64,000 nt of DNA, taken from the NCBI GenBank assembly GCA_965603825.1, contig CBFDEM010000056.1:62001-126000 (forward strand), read 5' to 3'. The position numbers and the translations under genes are program-made. Positions 1-10,911 of the stretch are shown piece by piece. Numbering within the stretch: the first letter of the stretch is position 1; the number at the start of each line of letters is the position of its first letter. The notes under the pieces were generated by a model that was not told the origin of the DNA, did no database searches, and saw nothing but the letters and a program-made list of their open reading frames with translations. Origin of the DNA: Blepharisma stoltei ATCC 30299 (taxonomy: Eukaryota; Protista; Ciliophora).

Positions 1-920
1 TTTAACTTTTCCCGAGAATTTGGAGAATAGTGCAAATCTTTTGTTTTTGGAGATTTCCACTGGCTTGTTACTATAATATCAGCTAATTCTACCTTTTTAG
101 GTCCAGAATACGAGTCTTCAGAAATCTTGTCAAAGCTAGCTTTGGAGTTTCTTTTTGGAGAAAACGAGCTTAGTCTTTTCTTAAAAACTCGCTTGTTTCC
201 ATTATCAAAATCCTCATTGCTAATAAATGATGATTTTTTACTAATTGGGCTAAGAAAATCCGTATTGACAGCAAATGAAGATTTCTTATTATTTGGGCTA
301 AGAAAATCCTTATTAGCGATAAATGATGATTTTCTACTATTTAATCTGGGAAAATACCTTGTTTGCTTTTTAGAATGGGGAGATGGGGTTGAGTCTAAAT
401 TTATTATCTTTTTTGTCTGAGGTTTAGATTTAGTCATATCTACAATATCAGTAATTACAATTTTCCTTGGCCTGTTTAAAGTCCCATCAAAAGTATTTTC
501 AATTGATTTTTTACTGCTTACAGGAGAGAGACTAGACTTTTTCTTCTTTGTCTTTCTTTGAGATTTTTCAATAATTATTTTTTCTATATCTATATTTGAC
601 AGCTTTTCTATCATTTTCTCCGCGGAGTCATTTTGATTTAAAAATTTCAAAGATTTTAAATAATTGTAATTGTTTTCTCTTTCCTTCATTCTGCATCTCA
701 CCCTATTCAAAATTTCTCCTAAATTGCCTTCTATTGGAGCTAGTTTTACATGTTTTGGGGAAATTTTCTCCTTAGTTCCTCCATATAATTCTATATATGG
801 AAACTTTAATTCTTGCTTTGGCTGCTCTTTATGCGCAATTTCTTTTGCTGAGAGTATATTTTTTATCAAGCTATTGATATCAATTTCGTTTCCACTAAGG
901 CTTTTGATGCTATTTTCCAT
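1..920 (-). CDS. Hypothetical Lys/Ser-rich protein, 3' part runs off the window
   Basis: ATG at 920 (MENSIKSLSGNEIDINSLIKNILSAKE...) after an AT-rich leader; the frame appears open toward the window edge. The + strand ORFs 127..420 and 670..957 are its antisense shadows. Confidence 0.7.
   Translation of the reverse strand, partial: MENSIKSLSGNEIDINSLIKNILSAKEIAHKEQPKQELKFPYIELYGGTKEKISPKHVKLAPIEGNLGEILNRVRCRMKERENNYNYLKSLKFLNQNDSAEKMIEKLSNIDIEKIIIEKSQRKTKKKKSSLSPVSSKKSIENTFDGTLNRPRKIVITDIVDMTKSKPQTKKIINLDSTPSPHSKKQTRYFPRLNSRKSSFIANKDFLSPNNKKSSFAVNTDFLSPISKKSSFISNEDFDNGNKRVFKKRLSSFSPKRNSKASFDKISEDSYSGPKKVELADIIVTSQWKSPKTKDLHYSPNSREKL
205..346. repeat. About 3 imperfect 48-nt (16-codon) coding tandem repeats
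   Basis: gggctaagaaaatcc recurs at 247 and 295; aaatgatgatttt-like units occur three times. Confidence 0.75.
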
Positions 921-1067
921 TAAAAATAATTATTCTCTCAAATTTTGTTGGTATTGATATATAATAACACTATAAATATTTTAAGAAAAATATTTTCCCA
1001 TCTACAAAGAACCAAAAATTTTGATAATTACAATAAATTAATTATATTAAGACATAGATTTCTTATA

Positions 1068-2879
1068 TTAATAAGGATATGCTCTATGGACCATCTTCAG
1101 CTTCGTCTCACATAACGAGCATTTTCCATGTGGATGATTTGTAGGGATCTTCTTATCTAGCGACAGTCCTAGTTCATTTAGACACACATTGCAGTACATT
1201 AAATGTCCACAAGGGACGAAAACAGTGTTTTTCTTTTCATTCATACAAATAACACAAAGTTCTCGGTCTTGATATTCCCTGACAATAATTTCTCTTTCTT
1301 GCACCCTTTGCATTTCAATATATTTTTTCATATCTGGCGCTTTATTTTCTTCGAAATTTTTCTTTTGTACATAAAGCTGCTCGTTTAGCCTCTCAATGGT
1401 ATCAGCCATCTGCTTTTCTATTGCATTTTTTTCTTCAAGCTGCCTTTGTAAGAATATTATTTTTGTGCCTCTTTCGTCGATTTCTTTTCGTGACTTATCA
1501 GATTGCTCCAAAATTGTTTCTTTTTGCTTTTTAGTCTGAGTTTTTAAGTTTTGTAAATCTGCTTCAAAGTTCATGCGGTTGGCTTCTTTTTCTCGTCTTT
1601 CCCTGTCGATTTCTTCTGCTAGTTTTTGCAGCTCTTTATCATAGCCAGTTTTTAAATTTCTTATTAAAGCTTCTGTTTTAGTCCTAAGGTCTTGGATTTC
1701 TTGATCTTTATCTAGTAACTTTTGCTGGAATTCGACTTTTACTGTATTTTCAAACTCATAGACTAAGCCGTCACATTTTATTTTAAATTCATTTCTTTCC
1801 TGAGCCAGTTTTTCGCATTCTTCTTGTAAAAGCCGATTTTGATTTTCAAGAAAAGAAATTTTTTCTTCATGCGATTTTAATTTATTTTGGTAAGCTGACA
1901 AAGTGTCATGCTTTCCATATAAAAGTGAATGAGGCACTGCAAAAAGCCCAAGCTCTGAGTCTGTGACGGCTGAGCCAAACCCTGTGTCTTCTGTTCTATG
2001 AGCTATTAAATAAATTAAATTCTGCTCAGATGACGATTGGGTAGAAACTGCAAGCTTGCATGGTGGCTTCCCATCTACATGCCCAGTAAGCATCTGTATA
2101 AAAGACCTGTAAATCGTTTTTGATGAATTTTCACTATCATTTGGGTACAATGTGGCGACTAAATATTCCCCATGATTCCTCTGCTGCTCAATTTCACGCA
2201 ACCCTGGCCATTCTCTATGGTCTGCAGATGCAGTCCTATCTATCCACAAATCCATTTCATTAAAGCACTGATTAGGGTTTGCGTTAGTTTTCCATACCGA
2301 AAATTGCTTAAATATAAAATGGACTACAATTAAGTGACGGGAGTTATCAAAAGGCTCTATTTTCCTTATTTTGGTGCATGGAGGTGGGATAAACTGCTCT
2401 TCTGTGCTTACTAAGCCATGGGCATAATTTAGTTTCCCACTAAGTGTCTGGTCAAGAGCTGGGACTGGTGGTGCTTCATATCGAGAATCTCTATTAGGAC
2501 AGAACTGTAAGTGTCGATCCCAGGCGATTTTTTCGTCATCTCGAATTTGGTGGTTTGGATTATAAGGACATACACGATAAGTTCACAATGCTGAAGTTTG
2601 CTGGCCATTAGCAGCCAGTTTGTAAGAACTTCTTGAGTAATGTGAAGTGCATCTTGGCTCATGGTACTTTAGCTTGGCATCGTCAATAAAAATATGACTT
2701 ATGTTGTGTTTGCAGACTTTTATTCTAGGCTTGATGTAGTTGAAATCTTTGTTTTTGCATCTTGTGATGTGGTATTTAAAAGATTCAGGGGTTTGCAGAC
2801 GATGATTAGGCTCGAAAGGGCAGGTTGTATGATCATAATTGTCAATTTCGTATTCGTTTAAATCTTGAGGCGTTGACAT
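1068..2879 (-). CDS. 603-aa protein: three CHHC (U11-48K/GTSF1-type) zinc fingers, coiled coil and C-terminal RING-HC
   Basis: ORFs 2583..2879 and 1068..2255 are in frame and joined by one TGA(Trp). I translated 2256-2582 and found no TAA/TAG. Fingers: CPFEPNH..HITRC, CKHNISH..HEPRC, CPYNPNH..HLQFC. RING: CVIC..PCGH..CNVC..CSLC. Confidence 0.85.
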
Positions 2880-3016
2880 ATTTTTATAGTCAGGGGGGAT
2901 ATCTTCTTTAAATAAATTTTACTTAATTTCAGCATTTCTCTCAAGAATGGGTAGATTATAGGTAAATTAAGAGAGATTTATTTAAAAATCAGCAGAATAA
3001 GAAAATTTATAGAAAA

Positions 3017-4363
3017 ATGAGCACCGTAAAATGCTTTAACCCGAGGTGTAAGCGTAAAGCAAAATTTTGATGCAATTGTACATCTCCAGAGACTTATTAC
3101 TGCGAAGAGCACCACTTAATGCATTTAAAATCAAACAACAAGCCTCACACTTCCAGTTCGCTATTTTTTCAAGCTATTGATGGTAAAAAAGAAGAAATTC
3201 TCCAGCTTCTTGAACAAGAAAAATCTAAATTTGATGCAATAAAAGTAGAAATCATAGCTTCCTTTAACCAAATACTTTGTGATATTGAAAAGGCCCTTAA
3301 AGAAATTTTGAAAGAAATAGACTCAGACGTCGAAAAAATTAACAATTATTTCGAAAAGGTGAACAAAGTGAGGGAAGTATCGATATTTGATGATGATCCA
3401 GTTATGAAATTATTGGTTTCTGAGACTGATGGTGCTGCTGAAAAAATTAAAGAGAATTTTAAGGCAATCTCATATAACGATATTGAGAATTTCTATAATA
3501 TGAGCAATGAAATTAGTAAAATTATAAAGAGATCTAGCCAAAATCCTTTGAGGCAGCCATTATTTCCTATTTCTTCTTCCTCTGGCCAATTTATTCCACA
3601 CTTTCCAACCATTCTCGAAGCGGAATCTTTAAATTTAGAAATACCAAATATTTCCCCTCCAATAATGATGCACGACCAATTTCCATTGAGAGAACTAAAA
3701 CATGTCCCATGTACACGTTTCCTTGCATCTAAACTTAATCGAAGAAATATTCAAGGAGAAATTAAAAGAAAATACAATCTTATATCTGTCAAATATAATG
3801 GGGAGGTGTTTATCCTAGAAGGAGGTCCTGAATCTGTTCAGCAAGCAGCTTTAGAACTATCAAATATTATCGCCCAAGAAAAAGATGTCGATATACATTG
3901 GAAATGGCTTTGCGAAGATGGCCAATTTGAAGATTACAGCCCTGCAATAAGTGAATTAATTGAAAATGCTTATAGCAGACATGATCAAAGTGCATCCATT
4001 TATATTAAGGGCATGCGATATAAAGTAATTTTCGGAAACCCACACGTACAAGTCCTTTCAAATTCAAATATTTCACGAACTGTTAAAAGAATCGATGAGA
4101 ATCAGGCTAAAAATGGTATGTGCCAAGAAAACGCTAATAATAACGATAAACCTTATGTCAGTTGATATTGGCTAGATGATGATTCGAATTACAAAGAATT
4201 TTCACATGAAGCTTCAAGACAAATTGAGGCAGCGTATAGCCAAAAGAGCATAGCTTTGGTTCAAGGCAAAGATAATAGAGCATTTTTGGTTGACGCAACA
4301 AAAATGATGCAAATTAATGAAATGACTCGACATACAAGGAGGGTCAGAAGGGGAGATAGCTAA
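3017..4363 (+). CDS. 448-aa protein: Cys/His zinc-binding N-terminus, coiled coil, KH-like segment and two WWE domains (copy 1)
   Basis: ATG 3017, TGA(Trp) at 3068 and 4163, TAA 4361. WWE-like motifs HWKWLCEDGQFEDY..IENAY and SWYWLDDDSNYKEF..IEAAY...RRVRR. Confidence 0.8.
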
Positions 4364-4625
4364 TAATTTAAGTTAGTGTGATCGATTTATATTTTAGGTT
4401 TAATATGATTGATTAGATTTCTTATAATTTGGTAATGAAATGCAAGGCTTTTATTATATGTGAATGCAATGAAAAAAAAACCTACTGATTAGCAATAGCC
4501 CTATTTAATATTTATACTTAATTTCAGCATTTCTCTAAAGAATATGCAGATTATAATATTTAGATTATAAGTGCATAAAAAGAGATTTAATTAAAAATCA
4601 GCCGAATAAGGAAAATTATAGAAAA

Positions 4626-5986
4626 ATGAGCACCATAAAATGCTTTAACCCGAGGTGTAAGCGTGAAGCCAAAATTTCATGCAATTGTACATCTCCAGAG
4701 ACTTATTGTTGCAAAAAACACTTCTTTGGGCATTGTGAATCAAACAACAAGCCTCACACTTCCAGTTCGCTATTTTTGAAAGCTGTTGATGGTAAAAAAG
4801 AAGAAATTCTCCAGCTTCTTGCACAAGAAAAATCTAGAATTGATGCAATAAAAGCAGGAATTATAGCTTCCTTTAACCAAACACTTTGTGGCTATGAAAT
4901 GGCCTTTGAAGAAATTTTGAAAGTAATAAACTCAAACGTCGAAAAAATTAGCAATTATTTCGAAAAGGTGAAAAAAGTGAGGAAGGTATCGATATTTGAT
5001 AATGATCCAGTTATGAAATTATTGGCTATTGAGGATGATGGAGCTGCTGAAAAAATTAAAGAGAATTTTAAGGCAATCTCAGATAAAGATGCTGAGATTT
5101 TCTATTCAATGAGCAATGAAATTAGTAAAATTATAAAGAGACCTAGCCAAGATCCTTTAAAACAGCCATTATTCCCTGTTTCATCTCCCTCTGGCAAATT
5201 TATTCCACACTTTCCAAACATTCCTGAAGCGGAGTCTTCATACTCTACTTTAAATTTAGCAAAACCAATTATTCCCCTTCCAATAATGATGCACGACCAA
5301 TTTTCATTGAGAGAACTAAAAAATGTCCCATGTCCACCTATCTTTGCATCTAAACTTAGTCGAAGAAATATTCTAGCAGATATTAAAAACAATTACAATC
5401 TTATATCTGTCAATTATGATGGGAAAGCGTTTATCCTAAAAGGAAGTCCTGAATCAGTTCAACAAGCAGCTTTAGAACTATCAAAAATTATCGCCCAAGA
5501 AAAAGAAGAGGTCAATGTACATTGGGAATGGCTTCGTGACGATGGCTGTTTTGAACCTTACTGCTCTCCAACAAGTGAAATAATTGAAAATGCTTATAGC
5601 TACATGATCAGAGTGCATCCATTTATATTAAGGGCATGCGATATAAAGTAATTTTCGGAAACCCACACGTGCAAGTCCTTTCAAATTCAAATATTTCACG
5701 AACTGTTATAAGAATCGATGAGAATCAGGCTAAAAATGGTATGTGCCAAGAAAACGCTAATAATAGCGATAAACCTTATGTCAGTTGATATTGGCAAGAT
5801 GATGATTCGAATTACAAAGAATTTTCACATGAAGCTTCAAGACAAATTGAGGCAGCGTATAGCCAAAAGAGCATAGCTTTGGTTCAAGGCAAAGATAATA
5901 GAGCATTTTTGGTTGACACAACAAAAATGATGAAAATTAATGAGAGGACTCGATATACAAGGAGGGTCAGAAGGGGAGATAGCTAA
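4626..5986 (+). pseudogene. Tandem paralog of the WWE gene with a 1-nt frameshift near 5601 (copy 2)
   Basis: Collinear with 3017..4363. agc-aga-cat in copy 1 is agc-ta-cat in copy 2, giving a premature TAA at 5649. The downstream WWE2 sequence is still intact in the other frame. Confidence 0.7.
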
Positions 5987-6504
5987 TAATTTAAGTTAGT
6001 GTGATCGATTTATATTTTAGGTTTAACATGATTGATTAGATTTCTTATAATTTTGTATTAAAATTCAAGCTTCAATTAATATTAGTTTTTTTTGTGCTTT
6101 CTTATAAAATTTTATAGCATTCATGAGATCTCTATTCCCTTATTGATGAGAAGTATATAAAATACACAAGTAAGAGAACTCAGATTAAATCGCATTATGA
6201 CGAATATTTAATCTGCAAAAATCTACTATAATATAAGAGAATTTTTTTAAAAGAAAGCACATCTAAAATTAAACAGTCAATTCTAGAAAAATTGGCAGAT
6301 TATAATTAAAATAATGAGCTATAAAATTCTTTAATTTTTATAATAAATCATCATATACTAAACCCACTTTATAATATTTACCTCTATTACTAATTCTTTT
6401 CTATAAATCAAATTTTTAAAATTTCTTTTAAAGATTCTATTTAAACTCTAAATTTTTTCTAAAGGACAATTGATTCAAACGAAATCCATATTTATACTGA
6501 TATC

Positions 6505-8709
6505 ATGCAATCAGCCGCAAAAACTATAGAGTTAGAAGATGGTTGGCAGCGAATCCAAGAAGAAGGGATCGATCGCATCATTGACTACCTAGAAACCTCA
6601 AATCTCAGCAACTTTTCCAAAAAGCAATACTCAGAGCTCTACACAATAGTCTACAACATGTGCACACAAAGGCCTCCAAAAAACTATTCCAGCCAGCTTT
6701 ACGACCGCTATTCATGCTCTATAAAAGACTACATCCAAAACCACATTCGGCCAAGAATTATCAATAAATCTGATATCGGGCTTCTGACTGAAATTCAAGT
6801 TTGTTGGAAAAATCAACAGATAATGATGAAGTGGATGAAAAACTTTTTCCAATACCTGGATAGGCATCACGTCAACCAAAATTCATTGCCAAACTTGACA
6901 ATCCGGGGACTGAGCATTTTCTATGGCGAAGTAGTCACCCAATGCAAAAGCAAAATCATCAGTGCTTTTATTCATGCTTTAGAGCTCGATAGAAATGGTG
7001 AACATATTGATAGAGACTTGCTAAAAAACGTCACAGATATTTTTATGAAGGTGGGGACTATACATAAACCAAACGATCCGGCTGATTTTTATAATTTTCT
7101 GGAAAGTTCTGTGCTGGAGTCCACAAGGAACTTTTATGAAGCAAAAAGCAGGGTTTGGATAACAGAGGACAGCTGTCCAGATTATTTATTAAAGGTAGAG
7201 CGATGCTTAATTGAAGAAATGTCAAGAGCTGATCATTGCTTACACCCTAGTTCAGGGCAAAAAATAAGGTCTGTATTTTTAGATGTTATGATCAATATTC
7301 ATGAAACCACGATTTTAGAGAAAGAAACTGGAATTGCTTATTTGCTGAATCATCATAAAACTGATGATATGCATAGACTGTATAGATTGACTTCTGAATT
7401 GGCTAATGGGCTGCAGCCTATTGCACAAGCAGTGACTAAGTATATTAAAGAGCAAGGGCAAGGAATTATTAAACAAAAATTAGCAAAAATTGCTATTGAC
7501 AAAAAAGAGTCACCAGAAGACCCAGAATTTGTAAATGCATTTATGAATGCCCAAGAGAAATTCAAAAGCTTAATTTCCGAATGTTTCCAAAACAATTCCA
7601 TCTTCCAGCGCGCCTTAAATTCTGCTTTTGAAGAACTTGTGAACCAAAAAATAGGAAAACATGGATTTTCTGAAATTTTGGCTTGTTACGCTGACAGACT
7701 TCTTAAAAAATCAAGCGAAAGGCTTAGAGATGAAGTCATAGAAGAAGAGCTTAAAAAGCTTCTTGAACTTTTTGAGCATTTAGCTGATAAAGACGTTTTT
7801 GCTGAAATTTATAAAAATCAGCTATCAAAAAGGCTGCTTAATGATACAAGTGCAAGCGAAGACGCTGAAAAAAGTTTTATTTCAAAAATGAAAATGTGCT
7901 GTGGGGCAAGCTATACATGTAAATTCGAAGGGATGATAATGGATTTACATCTTGCCCAAGAACTGGACCAAGCGTTTAAAGAAAGCAGACCTGATCTGCC
8001 TATTGATTTTTCTGTACAGGTTTTGACGAATAGTCATTGGCCTTATTATAAGAACCATAATGTGATTTTGCCTGTTTGTTTTTCTGACTGTATTCATGTT
8101 TTTAATAGATATTATGCTGCTAACACCCAGCATCGAGTTTTGACATGGACAAATTGCTTAGGGATTGTCACCCTTACAGGATATTTTGACCAAGGCCAAT
8201 ACGACTTTATCTGCTCCACATATCAAGCTTGTGTCCTCTATCTCTTCAACGACAAGTCAACTTATACTTATACCGAGATCAAGCAGGTCATGAATTTTGA
8301 CGATGAAACCTGCAAAGGTGTAATGAAAACTTTTGTCTTCTCTAAAAACAAAATCCTCGAAAAAACAGGCGAAGAAAGAAAAATCAATGAGACTGACTCT
8401 TTTTCAATCCGAAGCAATTTTAAAACTAATCAAAAAAAGGTAAAATTGCCGCTTCCTTCCAAAGAAGAAAATTATTCAAGAGAAAAAGTTTCAGAAGACA
8501 GAAACTTGGCAATTGAAGCAGCTGTAGTGAGGATTATGAAAAGCAGAAAAACAATTGCGCACTCGAATTTGGTCGCAGAAGTAGCAGGCATGTTGTCTGT
8601 TTTTAAGCCACAGGTGAGAGATATAAAATCGAGGATTGAAAATTTAATATCAAGAGATTATATTGAAAGAGATAATGAAGACGCAAATATATATCATTAT
8701 AAAGCATAA
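6505..8709 (+). CDS. CUL1: Cullin (CUL1-like)
   Basis: LYTIVYNMCTQ, YLDRHHV, DKDVFAEIYKNQLSKRLL and the neddylation motif IEAAVVRIMKSRK. Confidence 0.92.
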   Translation: MQSAAKTIELEDGWQRIQEEGIDRIIDYLETSNLSNFSKKQYSELYTIVYNMCTQRPPKNYSSQLYDRYSCSIKDYIQNHIRPRIINKSDIGLLTEIQVCWKNQQIMMKWMKNFFQYLDRHHVNQNSLPNLTIRGLSIFYGEVVTQCKSKIISAFIHALELDRNGEHIDRDLLKNVTDIFMKVGTIHKPNDPADFYNFLESSVLESTRNFYEAKSRVWITEDSCPDYLLKVERCLIEEMSRADHCLHPSSGQKIRSVFLDVMINIHETTILEKETGIAYLLNHHKTDDMHRLYRLTSELANGLQPIAQAVTKYIKEQGQGIIKQKLAKIAIDKKESPEDPEFVNAFMNAQEKFKSLISECFQNNSIFQRALNSAFEELVNQKIGKHGFSEILACYADRLLKKSSERLRDEVIEEELKKLLELFEHLADKDVFAEIYKNQLSKRLLNDTSASEDAEKSFISKMKMCCGASYTCKFEGMIMDLHLAQELDQAFKESRPDLPIDFSVQVLTNSHWPYYKNHNVILPVCFSDCIHVFNRYYAANTQHRVLTWTNCLGIVTLTGYFDQGQYDFICSTYQACVLYLFNDKSTYTYTEIKQVMNFDDETCKGVMKTFVFSKNKILEKTGEERKINETDSFSIRSNFKTNQKKVKLPLPSKEENYSREKVSEDRNLAIEAAVVRIMKSRKTIAHSNLVAEVAGMLSVFKPQVRDIKSRIENLISRDYIERDNEDANIYHYKA

Positions 8710-8968
8710 CTAATATGGAAATTATTAAATAAATCTTTATGAATAGTTATAATAATTTATCGCATTCTATAATGACTTTTTATGTTAAAAAGAATAGATC
8801 TTTAGAAATTTAATATAGTCTAAAAGCATTTCGATTAGCTGGCTTTGAGTGTCTTTTTTCATTATTTAGAGTCTCTTCAGCAATATTTGGCTGAAAATAA
8901 AGCAAATCGGCTGATTTTCAATTTTTGAGTCCATATTAAAGCATAGCTAAATATTATTTAAAATTTCA

Positions 8969-10087
8969 TTATTTTTTGTATAGGCAAGAACATATACACT
9001 TTAATCAAGATTTTTTGGCTGGGGCTGGAGAACTTTTTATTTCAGAGTTACTGTTGTGTAGTAAAGAATCTAATGAAATATCTTCATTAAAAGCAATTGG
9101 GATGTTTGAAATGTCGATGATAGATTGCTCTTCTTCTATATGTTCATTCGAAAAAGTAGGCGATTTTTTAATCTCGTAGTCATTTTTTTCATTAAGATTA
9201 GCTAAAATTGAGTCATTATATGATAGAAATCCTGACTGCGGTTTTGCAATTATTTCTGGCATTGATAAGCTGCCAAGTCTTTCTTCTCCTACAAATGATA
9301 AATCATTAACTGTTATGTCAAAGTTGGCAAGTCCTGAATTTATTTCTGATAAATTCAAACTGTTTTCCATAGAAGTGTCTTCAGCTTTTTCTTCCTTAGA
9401 GATATCAGCTTCATCTTTTCTTTTTAATTTTTTAATGAAATTTTTCAACGTAAATCTCATCGTTTGGAGTTTATTTTCAAGATATTGAGCTTCATTATTT
9501 CTCTCTGTATACAAATCTGAGCATTCCCCTCTAATTACAGCTTGAAGATGCCCAGCTGTATACGCTGGGGTAAATTCTACATCAATTAACGTCATTTTTT
9601 CTTCTGTAGGCTCTTCTTCAGTCTCAAGGGTCAAAAATTTTAACTCATTATTGTTATCAGGATGGAGTTTTGAAGAGTCTTTTAAATTCGAATATATTAA
9701 AGAGCTTGGAAGAAGAAGCTTGTAAAGTTTCGTTAAGTTATTGACCCTTCTAATATGATTTCTCTTACACATTATTTTTGCAGTCTAAATATATCTCACT
9801 TGTATAATATTATTCGCAAGATTAAAGTCCAAAATTCACTGTTTCTGTGACTCCTCTAAATAATGCTTCAAATCTGCTGATTTTTTTTTTATTTTCAAAG
9901 TTTTCAAAATTTCTTGAGCTTTTTCGTGATCGATTTTCCTTCTTAATTCAAGATCTTTGCTTTTCAGTTTGGCTTTTTCTTCAATGATTTCTTTTTTAAT
10001 TTCGATTATCTAGATATTTGTTACTTGGCGTTTTAATGAGTCTTTTAGCTGTTCGTCAATATATACAGAGTCATTGCCGTCTTCCAT
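8969..10087 (-). CDS. Hypothetical coiled-coil protein with two 15-nt introns and a Cys-rich basic C-terminus (WLKCICSCLYKK)
   Basis: ATG 10087; introns 10010..10024 and 9785..9799 each remove an in-frame TAG; two TGA(Trp), one at 9005; TAA 8969. Confidence 0.75.
9785..9799 (-). other. 15-nt spliceosomal intron GTGAGATATATTTAG
   Basis: GT..AG with A at position 10; removal eliminates an in-frame TAG. Confidence 0.75.
10010..10024 (-). other. 15-nt spliceosomal intron GTAACAAATATCTAG
   Basis: GT..AG with A at position 10; removal eliminates an in-frame TAG. Confidence 0.78.
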
Positions 10088-10119
10088 AATTATTTTTAAA
10101 TGATGCGATTTAATTAAGA

Positions 10120-10743
10120 TTAGCGAGATTTAAGGTGCTCGACAAGCTTGGTGTAGAATACGACTCTGTCTGTAATAACATGATTGATAATCACGGTAGG
10201 AATATTCCCTTTTGGATCTACTAATTCTATGACTGTCAAATTTGTCTTAGACATATCTCCTCCTACAGGCTGGAACAATTGAAGGGCGAAAGAAATTTCT
10301 GGCCTCACAAAGCCTTCTGCTAAAGGATGCTCAAGTGGTGAGCTTGTCGATAAAATCGCATAGGTATTTTCATCTAATTGCTGCTTGCAAGAATAAATAT
10401 AAGCTTCTCTTGCTGAAACTGGGCCCATTGGCTTTGTTTTTTCAATTCTAAGTTTGCTTCCGTCCTCAAAGGTTTGTAAAACTCTCATATCGGCCATCAT
10501 ATCTCCAAGGGTAAGCTCCATTTCTTCCCAGTGGCTGTAAGCATAATTGACAGAGGCTTCACAATTTCCATTGTAAAAGCAGTCTACTTTTAGTGCATTG
10601 ATTCCACCCTCAGTCATAATTTTGCTTACAGTTGCATTTTGGTCTGAAGAGACTTCTTCCCAGCTGCTGCGATCATTAAGAAGTTTAGTGGCTTCTTCAA
10701 AAGCGTGGCCAGCCTTTTCTTGGAGTCTCTCGTAGTCAGACAT
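10120..10743 (-). CDS. START-domain lipid-binding protein
   Basis: W near the N-terminus, GPVSARE, EGFVRPE, VDPKGNIPTVIIN. Likely start MSDYERL at 10743. Confidence 0.8.
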   Translation of the reverse strand: MSDYERLQEKAGHAFEEATKLLNDRSSWEEVSSDQNATVSKIMTEGGINALKVDCFYNGNCEASVNYAYSHWEEMELTLGDMMADMRVLQTFEDGSKLRIEKTKPMGPVSAREAYIYSCKQQLDENTYAILSTSSPLEHPLAEGFVRPEISFALQLFQPVGGDMSKTNLTVIELVDPKGNIPTVIINHVITDRVVFYTKLVEHLKSR

Positions 10744-10911
10744 TTTATATTTGTTTACTAGCTGTTTTACAATATGAATGGATATGAGCATAAAGACTTC
10801 AATAAAAAATCTGTTAATTATAGACAAGGTTTGGAGAAAAATTATAGAGAATTGTTCAAGTAAAAATGAGGATTTTCAAAAAATTATTATAAATAAAATT
10901 ATGTGTAATAA

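Larger units (their letters stand above)
2920..6072. repeat. About 1.55-kb direct tandem duplication (about 2920-4450 and 4515-6072) including flanks
   Basis: Shared upstream tacttaatttcagcatttctct and downstream gattagatttcttataattt. Confidence 0.9.

Noticed and set aside
5640-5655. Euplotes-style programmed frameshift at AAG TAA rescuing WWE copy 2
   Set aside because: The lesion lies about 45 nt upstream and scrambles WWE1, and no other gene in the window needs frameshifting.
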